Assembly (NCBI GenBank): GCA_017853555.1
Contig: JAFMJH010000006.1
Span: 41,585-105,584, forward strand
Reading direction: 5' to 3'
DNA from: Steroidobacteraceae bacterium
Lineage (GTDB): Bacteria; Pseudomonadota; Gammaproteobacteria; Steroidobacterales; Steroidobacteraceae
Length of the DNA stretch: 64,000 bases
This document shows positions 52,783-62,040 of this stretch, piece after piece; position 1 is the first letter of the stretch, and every line of letters starts with the position of its first letter. Made by a program: the position numbers and the translations under genes. The notes under the pieces were generated by a model. That model was not told the DNA's origin and ran no database searches. It was given only the letters and a program-made list of their open reading frames with translations.

Positions 52783-53325
52783 TCAGCGCTTCCCGTATAC
52801 GAGCTCGACGCGACGATTCATCGCCATCGATTCTTCGTCATCCGCCGCGGCTGCGGGACGCTCTTCGCCGTAGCTCACGGTGCTGATCTGTCCGTCGGAC
52901 ACGCCCTGCAATCCGAGCGCGGCACGCACGGCTTGCGCACGACGCTCGCCCAAGCCGATGTTGTATTCACGCGTGCCACGCTGATCGGTGTGACCCTCGA
53001 GGCGCACCGCCACGTTCGAGCGACCCGCCAGGAAACGCGCATGCGCCGCGACCAGCGCGCGATCTTCCGCGCGCACTTCCGAACTGTCGAACGCAAAGTA
53101 GATCACGCGCTTGTTGACGAGTTCGGGCGGCAGACCGACGTCCGCACTCGCGTCGTCGCCGACCACGCCCGCCGAGGCGACCGCACCGGTGTCCGCCGTC
53201 GCGGCCGCTTTCGACTCGACCGTGGTGGCCGGCGCCGATTCGGTGGAGGCTGCGTTGCGGGTGCTGCTGCAACCGGCGCCGAGCAAAGCGATGAGCGGGA
53301 GTACGAGAACGAGATTGCGTTTCAT
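52783..53325 (-). CDS. pal: Peptidoglycan-associated lipoprotein Pal (OmpA-like)
   Basis: Lipobox LLGAGCSS and OmpA_C domain (LEGHTDQRGTREYNIGLGERRA). Confidence 0.96.
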   Translation of the reverse strand: MKRNLVLVLPLIALLGAGCSSTRNAASTESAPATTVESKAAATADTGAVASAGVVGDDASADVGLPPELVNKRVIYFAFDSSEVRAEDRALVAAHARFLAGRSNVAVRLEGHTDQRGTREYNIGLGERRAQAVRAALGLQGVSDGQISTVSYGEERPAAAADDEESMAMNRRVELVYGKR

Positions 53326-53382
53326 GGGTTCGATCCTTCGAAGGCCAAAAGTTGAGAAGTTAAGTGCGGATTATCACATGCT

Positions 53383-54669
53383 TTACGGTGAAAACGGACC
53401 CCATGACGGGTCGCGTACGTCGCCACGGTCCGCTTTGAGCCGCTGCAACACCAAACCGTCGACCGAAACGGTTGCGAGCACGCCGCGTCCGCGCTCGCGG
53501 CCGGCGAAAATCAGCGTGCCGCCGTCGGGCGAGAACGCCGGCGATTCGTCTTCGCGTCCCGACGACAACACGCGCAGCGCACCGTTGCGCAGATCCTGCA
53601 CGGCGACGCGGTAGGCACTACCCTCGCGCGTCACGAGCGCGAGCGAGAGACCATCGGCCGCCACTCGCGGTCGCGCGTTGTAGCTGCCGCTGAAGGTGAC
53701 GCGCTGTGCACGCTCGGCCGTACCGAACCGCTGCCGGTAGATTTGCGGTCCGCCGGCGCGATCGGAGGTGAAATAAATCGTCGTGCCGTCGGGCGACCAG
53801 ACGGGCTCGGTGTCGATGCCCGCATCGTCGGTGACCCGCGTGTATTGACGGCTGTCGAGATCGAGCACGTACACGTCGAGATTGCCGCTCGCACTCGACA
53901 AGGTGAGCGCGAGTTTGCGCCCATCGGGCGACCAGGACGGCGCGCCGTTGACGCCGGGTCGTTCGGACACGCGCTGCCGCTCGGCCGTACGCACCCGCTG
54001 CACGTAAATCGCCGCACGTCGCGTTTCGAAAGACACGTACGCGAGCGATTCGCCGTCGGGCGACCACGCCGGCGACATCAGCGGAAATTTGGATTCGAGG
54101 ATCACGCGCGAATTTTCGCCGTCGGCATCGGCGACGATCAGTTGGAATCGTTGCGTCGGCGGCGCGCCGTCCACCGACACGTAGGCGATGCGGGTGGCGA
54201 AGGCACTTTTGACACCGAGAATTTTTTCGTAGACGCGATCGGCGACTTGGTGCGCCGCGTTGCGTATCGCGCCGCTGCGGGCGATGAGCCGCTCGAGCAG
54301 CAGGCGTTGTCCGTTCAAGACGTTCACGAGCTCGAAATCGACCGCGACCGCGCCGTCCATGACTTGCACGACGCGCCCGACCAGCACGTAATCGGTGCCG
54401 GCCGCGCGCCAATTGGCGGCGACGACGTCCGCGGCTCGCGTCGGCGCACCCGGTTGCCGATCACGCGCAAGCGCCTTGAACCGGCCGCTGCGCACCAAAT
54501 CGGCCTGCACCACTTCGGCCACATCCACCGCAGCACCGACGAACGGCACGATCGCGATCGGCACCGGATCGGTGACGCCGGAGGTGATATCGATGCGCAG
54601 CTGCGCCTGTGCCGTCGCGCTCGCGAGCAACGCGACCGCGAGCAAACCGATTTGCTTCCAATCAATCAT
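53383..54669 (-). CDS. tolB: Tol-Pal system beta-propeller protein TolB
   Basis: Signal peptide plus repeated WSPDG motifs (SPAWSPDGESLAYVSF, PSWSPDGRKLA, PVWSPDGTTIYF). Confidence 0.97.
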   Translation of the reverse strand: MIDWKQIGLLAVALLASATAQAQLRIDITSGVTDPVPIAIVPFVGAAVDVAEVVQADLVRSGRFKALARDRQPGAPTRAADVVAANWRAAGTDYVLVGRVVQVMDGAVAVDFELVNVLNGQRLLLERLIARSGAIRNAAHQVADRVYEKILGVKSAFATRIAYVSVDGAPPTQRFQLIVADADGENSRVILESKFPLMSPAWSPDGESLAYVSFETRRAAIYVQRVRTAERQRVSERPGVNGAPSWSPDGRKLALTLSSASGNLDVYVLDLDSRQYTRVTDDAGIDTEPVWSPDGTTIYFTSDRAGGPQIYRQRFGTAERAQRVTFSGSYNARPRVAADGLSLALVTREGSAYRVAVQDLRNGALRVLSSGREDESPAFSPDGGTLIFAGRERGRGVLATVSVDGLVLQRLKADRGDVRDPSWGPFSP

Positions 54670-55522
54670 TCGGCTTGAACCTCAATTCCAGATTGCGCTC
54701 GAACAACGACGGATCGGGCGGCGCCGGCAATGGCGAGGCACGATACACCGCCGCCTCGATCGACTGGCGTACGACTTCGTCGCCGTTGCACTCGAGAACT
54801 TTGACCGACACCACCGTACCACCGGGCACCTGCGTCACCGCGACTCGGCAATCGAGTCCGCTGCGCGCTGCCGCCGGCCTGATCCACGCACGCTGCACGC
54901 GCGCCTGAATGGCCGCTGCCCACTGCACGCCGAGTCCGCTTTGACGCAAATTCGCGACGCGTTCTTCGGCGGCGATTTGACGCTGCATGTCGACCTCGAG
55001 TTCCGCCCGTCGGCGGCGCTCCGTCTCGGCTTTCAGCTTCGCTTCAGCCTCCGCTTTCGCCTCGGCTTTGGCTTTGGCCTCCGCCTTGGCTTTCTCTTCA
55101 GCCTTCGCCTTGGCTTCGGCTTTGGCCTGCGCGTCGGCTTTGGCTTTCGCTTCGGCTTTCGCTGCGGCCTTCGATTTGGCTTCCGCCTTGGCCTTGGCTT
55201 GCTGCTGCGTTTTTTCTTTGGCGCGCGCCTCGGCCTCGCGCTCACGCTGCACCTGCGCTTCGTCGACCGCGGGCTCGGCGGGTTCGGGCGGCGCCGTCAC
55301 CGGCTCTTCGACGACGGGCGTCGGGGCGGACGACGGTGGCGGTGCGCCGATATCGCGCGCATCGACGACAATCGCCTCGACGGCCAACGCTTGCGGCGCC
55401 GGCGTGCTGCGTGACCAATTCCAGAAGCCGCCACCGAGCAGAGCGGCGAGCACGACATGCAACAACACCGCTTCGAGTGTCGGCCGCCAGCGCGGCGTGT
55501 CACCCTCAGGGACGTGGCGCAT
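54662..55522 (-). CDS. tolA: Tol-Pal system protein TolA
   Basis: N-terminal TM anchor, a long Ala/Lys/Glu-rich helical domain II and a TolA/TonB-like C-terminal domain. Confidence 0.9.
   Translation of the reverse strand: MRHVPEGDTPRWRPTLEAVLLHVVLAALLGGGFWNWSRSTPAPQALAVEAIVVDARDIGAPPPSSAPTPVVEEPVTAPPEPAEPAVDEAQVQREREAEARAKEKTQQQAKAKAEAKSKAAAKAEAKAKADAQAKAEAKAKAEEKAKAEAKAKAEAKAEAEAKLKAETERRRRAELEVDMQRQIAAEERVANLRQSGLGVQWAAAIQARVQRAWIRPAAARSGLDCRVAVTQVPGGTVVSVKVLECNGDEVVRQSIEAAVYRASPLPAPPDPSLFERNLELRFKPND
55025..55200 (-). repeat. Imperfect short tandem repeats (GCYTTSGC-like units) encoding the (A/E/K)n helical domain of TolA
   Basis: The translated segment is AKAKAEAKSKAAAKAEAKAKADAQAKAEAKAKAEEKAKAEAKAKAEAKAEAEAK. 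This is coding low complexity, not an independent element. Confidence 0.8.
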
Positions 55523-55955
55523 CGAACGTCGCAGGATCGGTCAAAAACCCGATCCGCTCGGCCCCCGCAGTCTTCAGGGCCGCCATGGTCTCGATCACTC
55601 GCCCGTAGGGCACGGCGCGATCACCTTTGACCAACACCGGCAAGGTCGGTGCACGCTCGAGCTCTTCGCGCACGCGAGCCTTGAGCGTCGTGTCGTCGAG
55701 CGGTGCCTCGGGGCTCGTGCCGCGGTTCAGATACAAGCGCCCGAGTCGGTCGATGGAAATCACCAGCGGCGGCGTGCGCGGATCATTGGCGGCGTCGATC
55801 GGCTCCGCGGCCGCTTTCGGCAATTCGACTTTCACGCCTTGCGTGAGCAACGGCGCCGTCACCATGAAGATGATGAGCAGCACGAGCATCACGTCGATGT
55901 ACGGTACGACGTTGATCTCGCTCATCGGTCGTCGGCGACGGGATCCCTGTGCCAT
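55506..55955 (-). CDS. tolR: Tol-Pal system protein TolR (ExbD family)
   Basis: EINVVPYIDVMLVLLIIFMVTAP. Confidence 0.95.
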   Translation of the reverse strand: MAQGSRRRRPMSEINVVPYIDVMLVLLIIFMVTAPLLTQGVKVELPKAAAEPIDAANDPRTPPLVISIDRLGRLYLNRGTSPEAPLDDTTLKARVREELERAPTLPVLVKGDRAVPYGRVIETMAALKTAGAERIGFLTDPATFDAPRP

Positions 55956-55967
55956 GCGCGTTCGACC

Positions 55968-56651
55968 TCAGGGCGTCACGGCGCCACGCGTCGCGCTGCG
56001 CTGCAGGATGGTCGAGAATTCTTCGATGAACGCGTCGAAGCGCATCTCGAGACGCCACACCTGATCGGCGTAGCGGTTGTACGCGACCACGGCCGGAATC
56101 GCCGCGAACAGCCCGATGGCGGTGGCGATCAAGGCTTCGGCAATACCCGGTGCGACCGAGGCCAGCGTCGCTTGCTGCATGCTGCCGAGCCCGACGAAGG
56201 CATGCATGATGCCCCACACCGTGCCGAACAAGCCCACGTACGGACTCGTCGAGCCTACGGTCGCCAATTGCGAGAGACTGTGCTCGAGGTGTTCGACTTC
56301 TTTGATTTGCTGCGCGCGCATCGCACGCCGCGCACCCTCGAGCAGCACCTCCGGCGCATCGACGCCCTGCCGGTGCAAGCGCAGAAACTCGCCGAACCCC
56401 ATGCGGAAGATCGCCTCGATGCCGCGCGCCGCGCCCGCGGCCTCGATGTCGCGGTGCAAGGTGTTGAGATCACCGCCACCCCAGAACTTCTGTTCGAAGC
56501 GCGCGAGACTGTCTTTGGCCGCGCCGAGTACGCGTCGCTTGCCGAAGATGATGGTCCACGAATAGACCGATGCGCACAGCAAGCCGAGCATCACCAACTG
56601 CACGACGAGGGTCGCCTCGCTGACGAGTCGGATGATGGAAAGATCGTTCAT
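55968..56651 (-). CDS. tolQ: Tol-Pal system protein TolQ (MotA/ExbB family)
   Basis: [25 protein letters not shown]...GLFGTVWGIMHAF. ATG 56651 overlaps the ybgC stop. Confidence 0.96.
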   Translation of the reverse strand: MNDLSIIRLVSEATLVVQLVMLGLLCASVYSWTIIFGKRRVLGAAKDSLARFEQKFWGGGDLNTLHRDIEAAGAARGIEAIFRMGFGEFLRLHRQGVDAPEVLLEGARRAMRAQQIKEVEHLEHSLSQLATVGSTSPYVGLFGTVWGIMHAFVGLGSMQQATLASVAPGIAEALIATAIGLFAAIPAVVAYNRYADQVWRLEMRFDAFIEEFSTILQRSATRGAVTP

Positions 56652-57043
56652 TGCAGATACTCCGCGATACGCCGCGGACGCAGCGTCTTCGAATCGACAC
56701 AGACGACGCGCACCTGCGCATCGACCAACAACTGCGGCTCGATGCCGTCGCGATGGATCTGCTGCGAGAAAATCGCAGCGGTACGACCATCGAGCACGTA
56801 TTGCACGCTCACCGCGAGCAGATCGTCGAGTCGCGCGGGCGCGCGGTACTCGACGTTCACGCCGAGCACCATGAAGAGGATGCCGGGGTCGGCCGCCAGC
56901 GCCGCTTGCGAATAGCCGCGCTCGCGCAGCCACTCGGTGCGCGCGCGTTCGAGGAACTTCAGATAATTGGCGTAATAGACGACACCACCACCGTCGGTGT
57001 CCTCCCAATAGACGCGCGTGCGCCACACGTACGGCACGCTCAC
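56648..57043 (-). CDS. ybgC: Tol-Pal-associated acyl-CoA thioesterase YbgC (4HBT hotdog)
   Basis: [27 protein letters not shown]. Confidence 0.92.
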   Translation of the reverse strand: MSVPYVWRTRVYWEDTDGGGVVYYANYLKFLERARTEWLRERGYSQAALAADPGILFMVLGVNVEYRAPARLDDLLAVSVQYVLDGRTAAIFSQQIHRDGIEPQLLVDAQVRVVCVDSKTLRPRRIAEYLQ

Positions 57044-58080
57044 GATTCACCCTCGAACAAAGCACCCGTGCCCGCGCGTGCGGGCGCGGCGAGCCCGAAG
57101 TGGCGATACGCCGCCGGCGTGACCGCGCGACCGCGTGCGGTGCGCATTAAAAACCCCTGCTGGATCAGGAACGGTTCGATGACGTCTTCGAGCGTGCCCC
57201 GCTCTTCGCCGATCGCCGCGGCGAGACTTTCGATGCCGACCGGACCACCGTCGAATTTCTCGATGATGGTGCCGAGGAATTTGCGATCGAGATTGTCGAA
57301 CCCGACCGGGTCGACCTCGAGCAGATCGAGCGCCGCCACCGCCAGCGCATCGTCGATGGTGCCGTCACCGCGCACTTGCGCGTAATCGCGCACGCGCCGC
57401 AGCAAGCGGTTGGCGATGCGCGGCGTACCGCGCGCGCGCTCGGCGATGCGTCGCGCACCAAAGCCGGCGAGCGGCGCTCCGAGTATGCCGGCCGAGCGCT
57501 GCACGATGAGAGTCAGATCGTCGACGTCGTAGAACTCGAGTCTTTGCACGATGCCGAAACGATCGCGCAACGGCGAGGTCAGCAACCCCGCACGCGTGGT
57601 CGCACCCACCAACGTGAACGGCGGCAACGACAACTTGATCGAACGGGCGGCCGGACCCTCGCCGATCATGATGTCGAGCTGATAGTCCTCCATCGCCGGA
57701 TACAACACTTCTTCGACCACCGGCGAGAGTCGATGGATCTCGTCGACGAACAACACGTCCCGCGGCTGCAGATTGGTGAGGATCGCGGCAAGATCGCCGG
57801 GGCGCTCGAGCACGGGGCCGGAGGTCTGGCGCAGATTGACGCCGAGCTCGGCAGCCAAAATATTCGCGAGCGTGGTTTTCCCGAGACCCGGTGGCCCGAA
57901 AATGAGCACGTGGTCCAGCGCCTCGCCGCGCGCACGGGCCGCACCGACGAAAATATCGAGCTGTTCTTTGACGGGTTTTTGACCGACATAATCGGCCAGA
58001 CGCTTCGGACGTATGGCGCGATCCTGCGCCTCGTCTTCACGCACGCCCTCGCCGCTCACCAGACGATCGTCGCCGCTCAC
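57040..58080 (-). CDS. ruvB: Holliday junction branch migration helicase RuvB
   Basis: Walker [18 protein letters not shown] and a RuvB C-terminal winged helix. Confidence 0.98.
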   Translation of the reverse strand: MSGDDRLVSGEGVREDEAQDRAIRPKRLADYVGQKPVKEQLDIFVGAARARGEALDHVLIFGPPGLGKTTLANILAAELGVNLRQTSGPVLERPGDLAAILTNLQPRDVLFVDEIHRLSPVVEEVLYPAMEDYQLDIMIGEGPAARSIKLSLPPFTLVGATTRAGLLTSPLRDRFGIVQRLEFYDVDDLTLIVQRSAGILGAPLAGFGARRIAERARGTPRIANRLLRRVRDYAQVRGDGTIDDALAVAALDLLEVDPVGFDNLDRKFLGTIIEKFDGGPVGIESLAAAIGEERGTLEDVIEPFLIQQGFLMRTARGRAVTPAAYRHFGLAAPARAGTGALFEGES

Positions 58081-58685
58081 GTGGGCGCTCCCGAGGAACC
58101 GCGCGCCGCCGACTGCAAGGCGCGACGGATGATCTCTTCGGTCGATTCGGCGGCGTCACCCACCGACTTCACGAGCCGCGTCGCTTCGGCTGGCTTGTAG
58201 CCGAGGGCGACCAGTGCCGCGAACGCCTCGGATCCGGCCGCACCACGCGGCAAATCGATGCTCGCACCGCTTGCACCGGCTTGCGCGCCGACGCGATCGC
58301 GCATCTCGATGAGCAAACGCTCGGCCGTCTTGCGACCGATGCCCGGGATGCGCGTGAGCGCGGCGCTGTCGCCCGACTCGACGCAGGCCGAAAATCCGTC
58401 GACGCTGGTGCCCGACAAAATGCCGAGCGCCAGCTTCGGACCGACCCCCGACACTTTCAAAAGATTGCGGAACAGTTGTCGCTCCGCGTCGGTCGCGAAG
58501 CCATACAAGATGTGCGCGTCTTCGCGTACCACCAGATGCGTGAGCAAGCGCACTTCGTCGCCGACGCCCGGCAAGCCGTAGAAGGTCGACATCGGCGCTT
58601 CGAGTTCGTAACCCACGCCACCGACTTCGAGCAGCAACTGCGGCGGCGTCTTCGCGGCGATCCGGCCGCGCAGCGAGCCGATCAC
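58077..58685 (-). CDS. ruvA: Holliday junction DNA-binding protein RuvA
   Basis: [31 protein letters not shown], with HhH motifs GVGPKLAL and [15 protein letters not shown] 58685 overlaps the ruvC stop (GTGA). Confidence 0.95.
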   Translation of the reverse strand: MIGSLRGRIAAKTPPQLLLEVGGVGYELEAPMSTFYGLPGVGDEVRLLTHLVVREDAHILYGFATDAERQLFRNLLKVSGVGPKLALGILSGTSVDGFSACVESGDSAALTRIPGIGRKTAERLLIEMRDRVGAQAGASGASIDLPRGAAGSEAFAALVALGYKPAEATRLVKSVGDAAESTEEIIRRALQSAARGSSGAPT

Positions 58686-59299
58686 GTCCAGCCCTCCGCG
58701 CCGACGAGCGCGGCGAGACGCCGATTTTGGGCGTGACACAAGGCGATCGCGAGCGCATCGGCCGCGTCGGCACTCAGCCGACCTTCAGGTTTCAACAACA
58801 CGCGCACCATATGAGCCACCTGCAATTTGTCCGCGGCACCGGTACCGACGGTGGCGAGTTTGACGGCACGCGGCGCATATTCGGCCACCGGCAACGTGGC
58901 GCCGACCGCCGCGAGCGCAGCGCCGCGTGCTTGACCGAGTTTGAGCGCGCTTTCGATGTTGCGACTCACGAAGACGCGCTCGATCGCGACCTCTTCGGGT
59001 CTATGGTCACGCAGCACGGTGCTGATACCCGCGTGGATGCGCGCCATGCGCTCGGCCACCGGCAAACCGTCGATCTCGATGCGTCCATGCGCAATGCACT
59101 GCAATCCGCCGGGCGCGACCTCGACGACCCCGTACCCCGTGAAACGCGAACCCGGGTCGAGACCCAAAATCCGCACCGCCGCGCCGGTCGCGATCGCCAC
59201 CGGACGCGCCGCTGCCACGGTGTCGGACTTGCTGACGGCCGCTGCCGTGGCGGAGTCCGGACGGTAGGCTCGCCAGGATTTGGAACGGTAACGCGACAT
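58682..59299 (-). CDS. ruvC: Crossover junction endodeoxyribonuclease RuvC
   Basis: The catalytic core begins RILGLDPGSRFTGYGVV. The start is ambiguous. ATG 59299 has GAGG 10 nt upstream and adds about 41 aa, while GTG 59176 gives a canonical-length protein. Confidence 0.9.
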   Translation of the reverse strand: MSRYRSKSWRAYRPDSATAAAVSKSDTVAAARPVAIATGAAVRILGLDPGSRFTGYGVVEVAPGGLQCIAHGRIEIDGLPVAERMARIHAGISTVLRDHRPEEVAIERVFVSRNIESALKLGQARGAALAAVGATLPVAEYAPRAVKLATVGTGAADKLQVAHMVRVLLKPEGRLSADAADALAIALCHAQNRRLAALVGAEGWT

Positions 59300-59404
59300 G
59301 CGTCCGCAGCCTCGGAAAATGCCGGGAAAAGACCCCGATATCATAGCCCGAAACCCCTCTGCGGCACATGACCGAAGAGAGGCTGGACGGCGCGTCGCGT
59401 GCGC

Positions 59405-60835
59405 TCAGCGATTGGGCATGTCGATCGCGCGCTTGTCGGCCGCAAGGGCCGCCTCGTGCAACGCTTCGGAGAGCGTCGGATGCGCGTGGATCGTGTGCTG
59501 CAAATCTTCGGCGCTCGCGCCGTATTCGAGCGCGAGCACGGCTTCGGCGATCAACTCGCCCGCCATCGGACCGATGACGTGCACGCCGAGTATGCGATCG
59601 TCGTCACGTCCGATGACCAACTTCGCAAAACCTTGCGCCGCCTCCATCGCGCGAGCACGACCGCTCGCCATGAACGGGAACACGCCGATCTTGTACGCGA
59701 CGCCGCTCGCTTTGACCTGCTCTTCGGTCTGCCCCACCCAGCCGATTTCGGGCGCGGTATAGATGACCGAAGGAATCACGGCGTAGTTCACGTGCGCGTG
59801 ACGTCCCGCGATGCGATCGGCTACGGCGACGCCTTCTTCCTTGCCTTTGTGCGCGAGCATCGGGCCGCGCACGCAATCGCCGACCGCCCAAACGTTCTCG
59901 GCGCCGGTGTGGCAATGATCGTCCACTTCGATGAAACCGCGCGCATCGACGCTGACGCCCGTGCCTTCGGCGAGCAACCCTTCGGTGTAGGGACGACGAC
60001 CGATGCAGACGATGAGCTTGTCGACCGTGAGCGACTGCGTCGCGCCCTTGGCGTCGCTGTAGCTCACCTCGACCGCGTTTTTCTTCACGGCAGCGCCGGT
60101 GACCTTGGCACCGAGCCGCACGTCCAGCCCTTGCTTGCCGAACTGCTTCAAGGCTTCTTTGGCGAGCTGCTGATCGGCAATGCTCAAAAATTCAGGCATC
60201 GCTTCGAGCACGACCACTTCGGCCCCGAGTCGGCGCCACACGCTGCCGAGTTCGAGACCGATGACGCCCGCGCCGATCACGCCGAGACGTTTCGGAACGG
60301 CATCGAATTCCAGCGCACCCCAACTGTCGACGATGTGCTTGCCGTCGAAGGGCGCGCTCTTGAGCGGCGTCGGCACCGAACCGCTCGCGAGCACCACGTG
60401 CGTCGCCGAGAGCGTCTTGCGAGTACCGTCATGCGCGACGAATTCCACTTGTCGACCGGGCAACAAGGTGCCGCGACCCTGCAGGGCGGTGACGCCGGCC
60501 GCCTTCAAAAGCCCCACGATGCCGAGCGTCATCGTTTTGACGATGCCGGATTTGCGCTTTTGCATGGCGGCGATGTCGATCGACACCTCGCCGGTCTTGA
60601 TGCCGTGCGTCGCGAACTCGGTGTGCGCACGGTGATAGAGCTCGGAAGATTCGAGCAGAATCTTCGAGGGGATGCAGCCCGCATTCAGACAAGTGCCGCC
60701 GAAGGTCGTCGAACCGTCGTAGTTCTTCCAGCCGTCGATGCACGCGACTTTGAGACCGTTTTGACCGGCACGAATCGCAGCCGGGTAACCGGCCGGACCG
60801 CCGCCGATGACGATGACGTCGTAGTGTTCGCTCAT
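59405..60835 (-). CDS. lpdA: Dihydrolipoyl dehydrogenase (E3)
   Basis: VIVIGGGPAGYPAAIRA, redox-active GGTCLNAGCIPSK and C-terminal HAHPTLSE. Confidence 0.97.
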   Translation of the reverse strand: MSEHYDVIVIGGGPAGYPAAIRAGQNGLKVACIDGWKNYDGSTTFGGTCLNAGCIPSKILLESSELYHRAHTEFATHGIKTGEVSIDIAAMQKRKSGIVKTMTLGIVGLLKAAGVTALQGRGTLLPGRQVEFVAHDGTRKTLSATHVVLASGSVPTPLKSAPFDGKHIVDSWGALEFDAVPKRLGVIGAGVIGLELGSVWRRLGAEVVVLEAMPEFLSIADQQLAKEALKQFGKQGLDVRLGAKVTGAAVKKNAVEVSYSDAKGATQSLTVDKLIVCIGRRPYTEGLLAEGTGVSVDARGFIEVDDHCHTGAENVWAVGDCVRGPMLAHKGKEEGVAVADRIAGRHAHVNYAVIPSVIYTAPEIGWVGQTEEQVKASGVAYKIGVFPFMASGRARAMEAAQGFAKLVIGRDDDRILGVHVIGPMAGELIAEAVLALEYGASAEDLQHTIHAHPTLSEALHEAALAADKRAIDMPNR

Positions 60836-60839
60836 CGCC

Positions 60840-62024
60840 TCAAACCCCGATCAACATGCGACCCGGGTCTTCGAGGCAGTCCTTGATCGTCACCAGGAAC
60901 TGCACGGCTTCCTTGCCGTCGATGATGCGGTGATCGTAGCTGACCGCGAGATACATCATCGGACGCACCACGATCTGGCCGTTCACGACCACCGGGCGTT
61001 CCTGAATCTTGTGCATGCCGAGAATCGCGCTCTGCGGCGCGTTCACGATCGGCGTCGACAACAGCGACCCGAAGGTCCCGCCGTTGGTGATGGTGAAGGT
61101 GCCGCCCTGCAAATCCTCGAGACCGAGCGTGCCCGAGCGCGCACGGCCGCCGAAATCGACGATCTGCTTCTCCACTTCGGCAAAACTCATGTTCTCCGCA
61201 TTGCGCAGCACCGGCACGACGAGCCCGCGATCGGTCGATACCGCGACGCCGATGTCGTAGAACTCGTGATAGATGATGTCGGTGCCGTCGACCGACGCAT
61301 TCATCACCGGAAACTTGCGCAGCGCCTCGATGCTCGCCTTCACGAAGAACGACATGAAGCCGAGCTTCGCGCCGTGCGATTTTTCGAAGCGATCCTTGTG
61401 ACGCGCACGCAGCTCGTTGACCGCGGTCAGATCGACCTCGTTGAAGGTGGTGAGCAACGCCGCCTGGTGCTGCGCCTGCAGCAGACGCTCGGCGATGCGC
61501 TGTCGCAAACGCGTCATCGGCACGCGCTGCTCCTGGCGCGGACCGGCAGGCGCCGGCAAGGCCGCCGCTTGCGACTTCGCGGCGTGCGCGAGCACGTCGC
61601 CCTTGTTCACCGCACCGCCCAAGCCCGAACCCGACACCTTGCCGAGGTCCACGCCCTGCTCATCGGCAACGCGACGTGCCGCGGGACCGGCTTTGACCGC
61701 CGCCGCTGCAGCGGCCTTCGGTGCCGCCGCGGGTGCCGCAGCCGGTGCCGCCGCTTGCGCCGCCGCAGGCTTCGCCGCAACCGCCGCACCCTCGTCGAAG
61801 ATCGCCAGCAGATCACCGCTTTTGACCGTCGCACCCGGCTGCACTTTGAATTCTTTGATCACGCCCGCCGCCGGCGCCGGCACTTCGAGCACGACCTTGT
61901 CGGTTTCGAGATCGGCGAGATTTTCGTCGCGACTCACGGCCTCGCCCGGCTGCTTGCGCCAAGCCACCAGGGTGGCGTCGGCGACGGACTCGGGCAACTG
62001 GGGAACGCGGATTTCGATGCTCAT
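60840..62024 (-). CDS. sucB: Dihydrolipoyllysine-residue succinyltransferase (E2 of 2-oxoglutarate dehydrogenase)
   Basis: Lipoyl domain [13 protein letters not shown], Ala/Pro linker and catalytic DHRIIDG. ATG at 62024. Confidence 0.96.
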   Translation of the reverse strand: MSIEIRVPQLPESVADATLVAWRKQPGEAVSRDENLADLETDKVVLEVPAPAAGVIKEFKVQPGATVKSGDLLAIFDEGAAVAAKPAAAQAAAPAAAPAAAPKAAAAAAVKAGPAARRVADEQGVDLGKVSGSGLGGAVNKGDVLAHAAKSQAAALPAPAGPRQEQRVPMTRLRQRIAERLLQAQHQAALLTTFNEVDLTAVNELRARHKDRFEKSHGAKLGFMSFFVKASIEALRKFPVMNASVDGTDIIYHEFYDIGVAVSTDRGLVVPVLRNAENMSFAEVEKQIVDFGGRARSGTLGLEDLQGGTFTITNGGTFGSLLSTPIVNAPQSAILGMHKIQERPVVVNGQIVVRPMMYLAVSYDHRIIDGKEAVQFLVTIKDCLEDPGRMLIGV

Positions 62025-62040
62025 GAAAAAACTTCCTCGA

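Noticed and set aside
55025-55200. Short tandem repeats that could be taken for a repeat element or CRISPR-like array.
   Set aside because: The units are 6-12 nt, degenerate and in frame. They encode the Ala/Lys/Glu-rich helical domain II of TolA, and there are no spacers.
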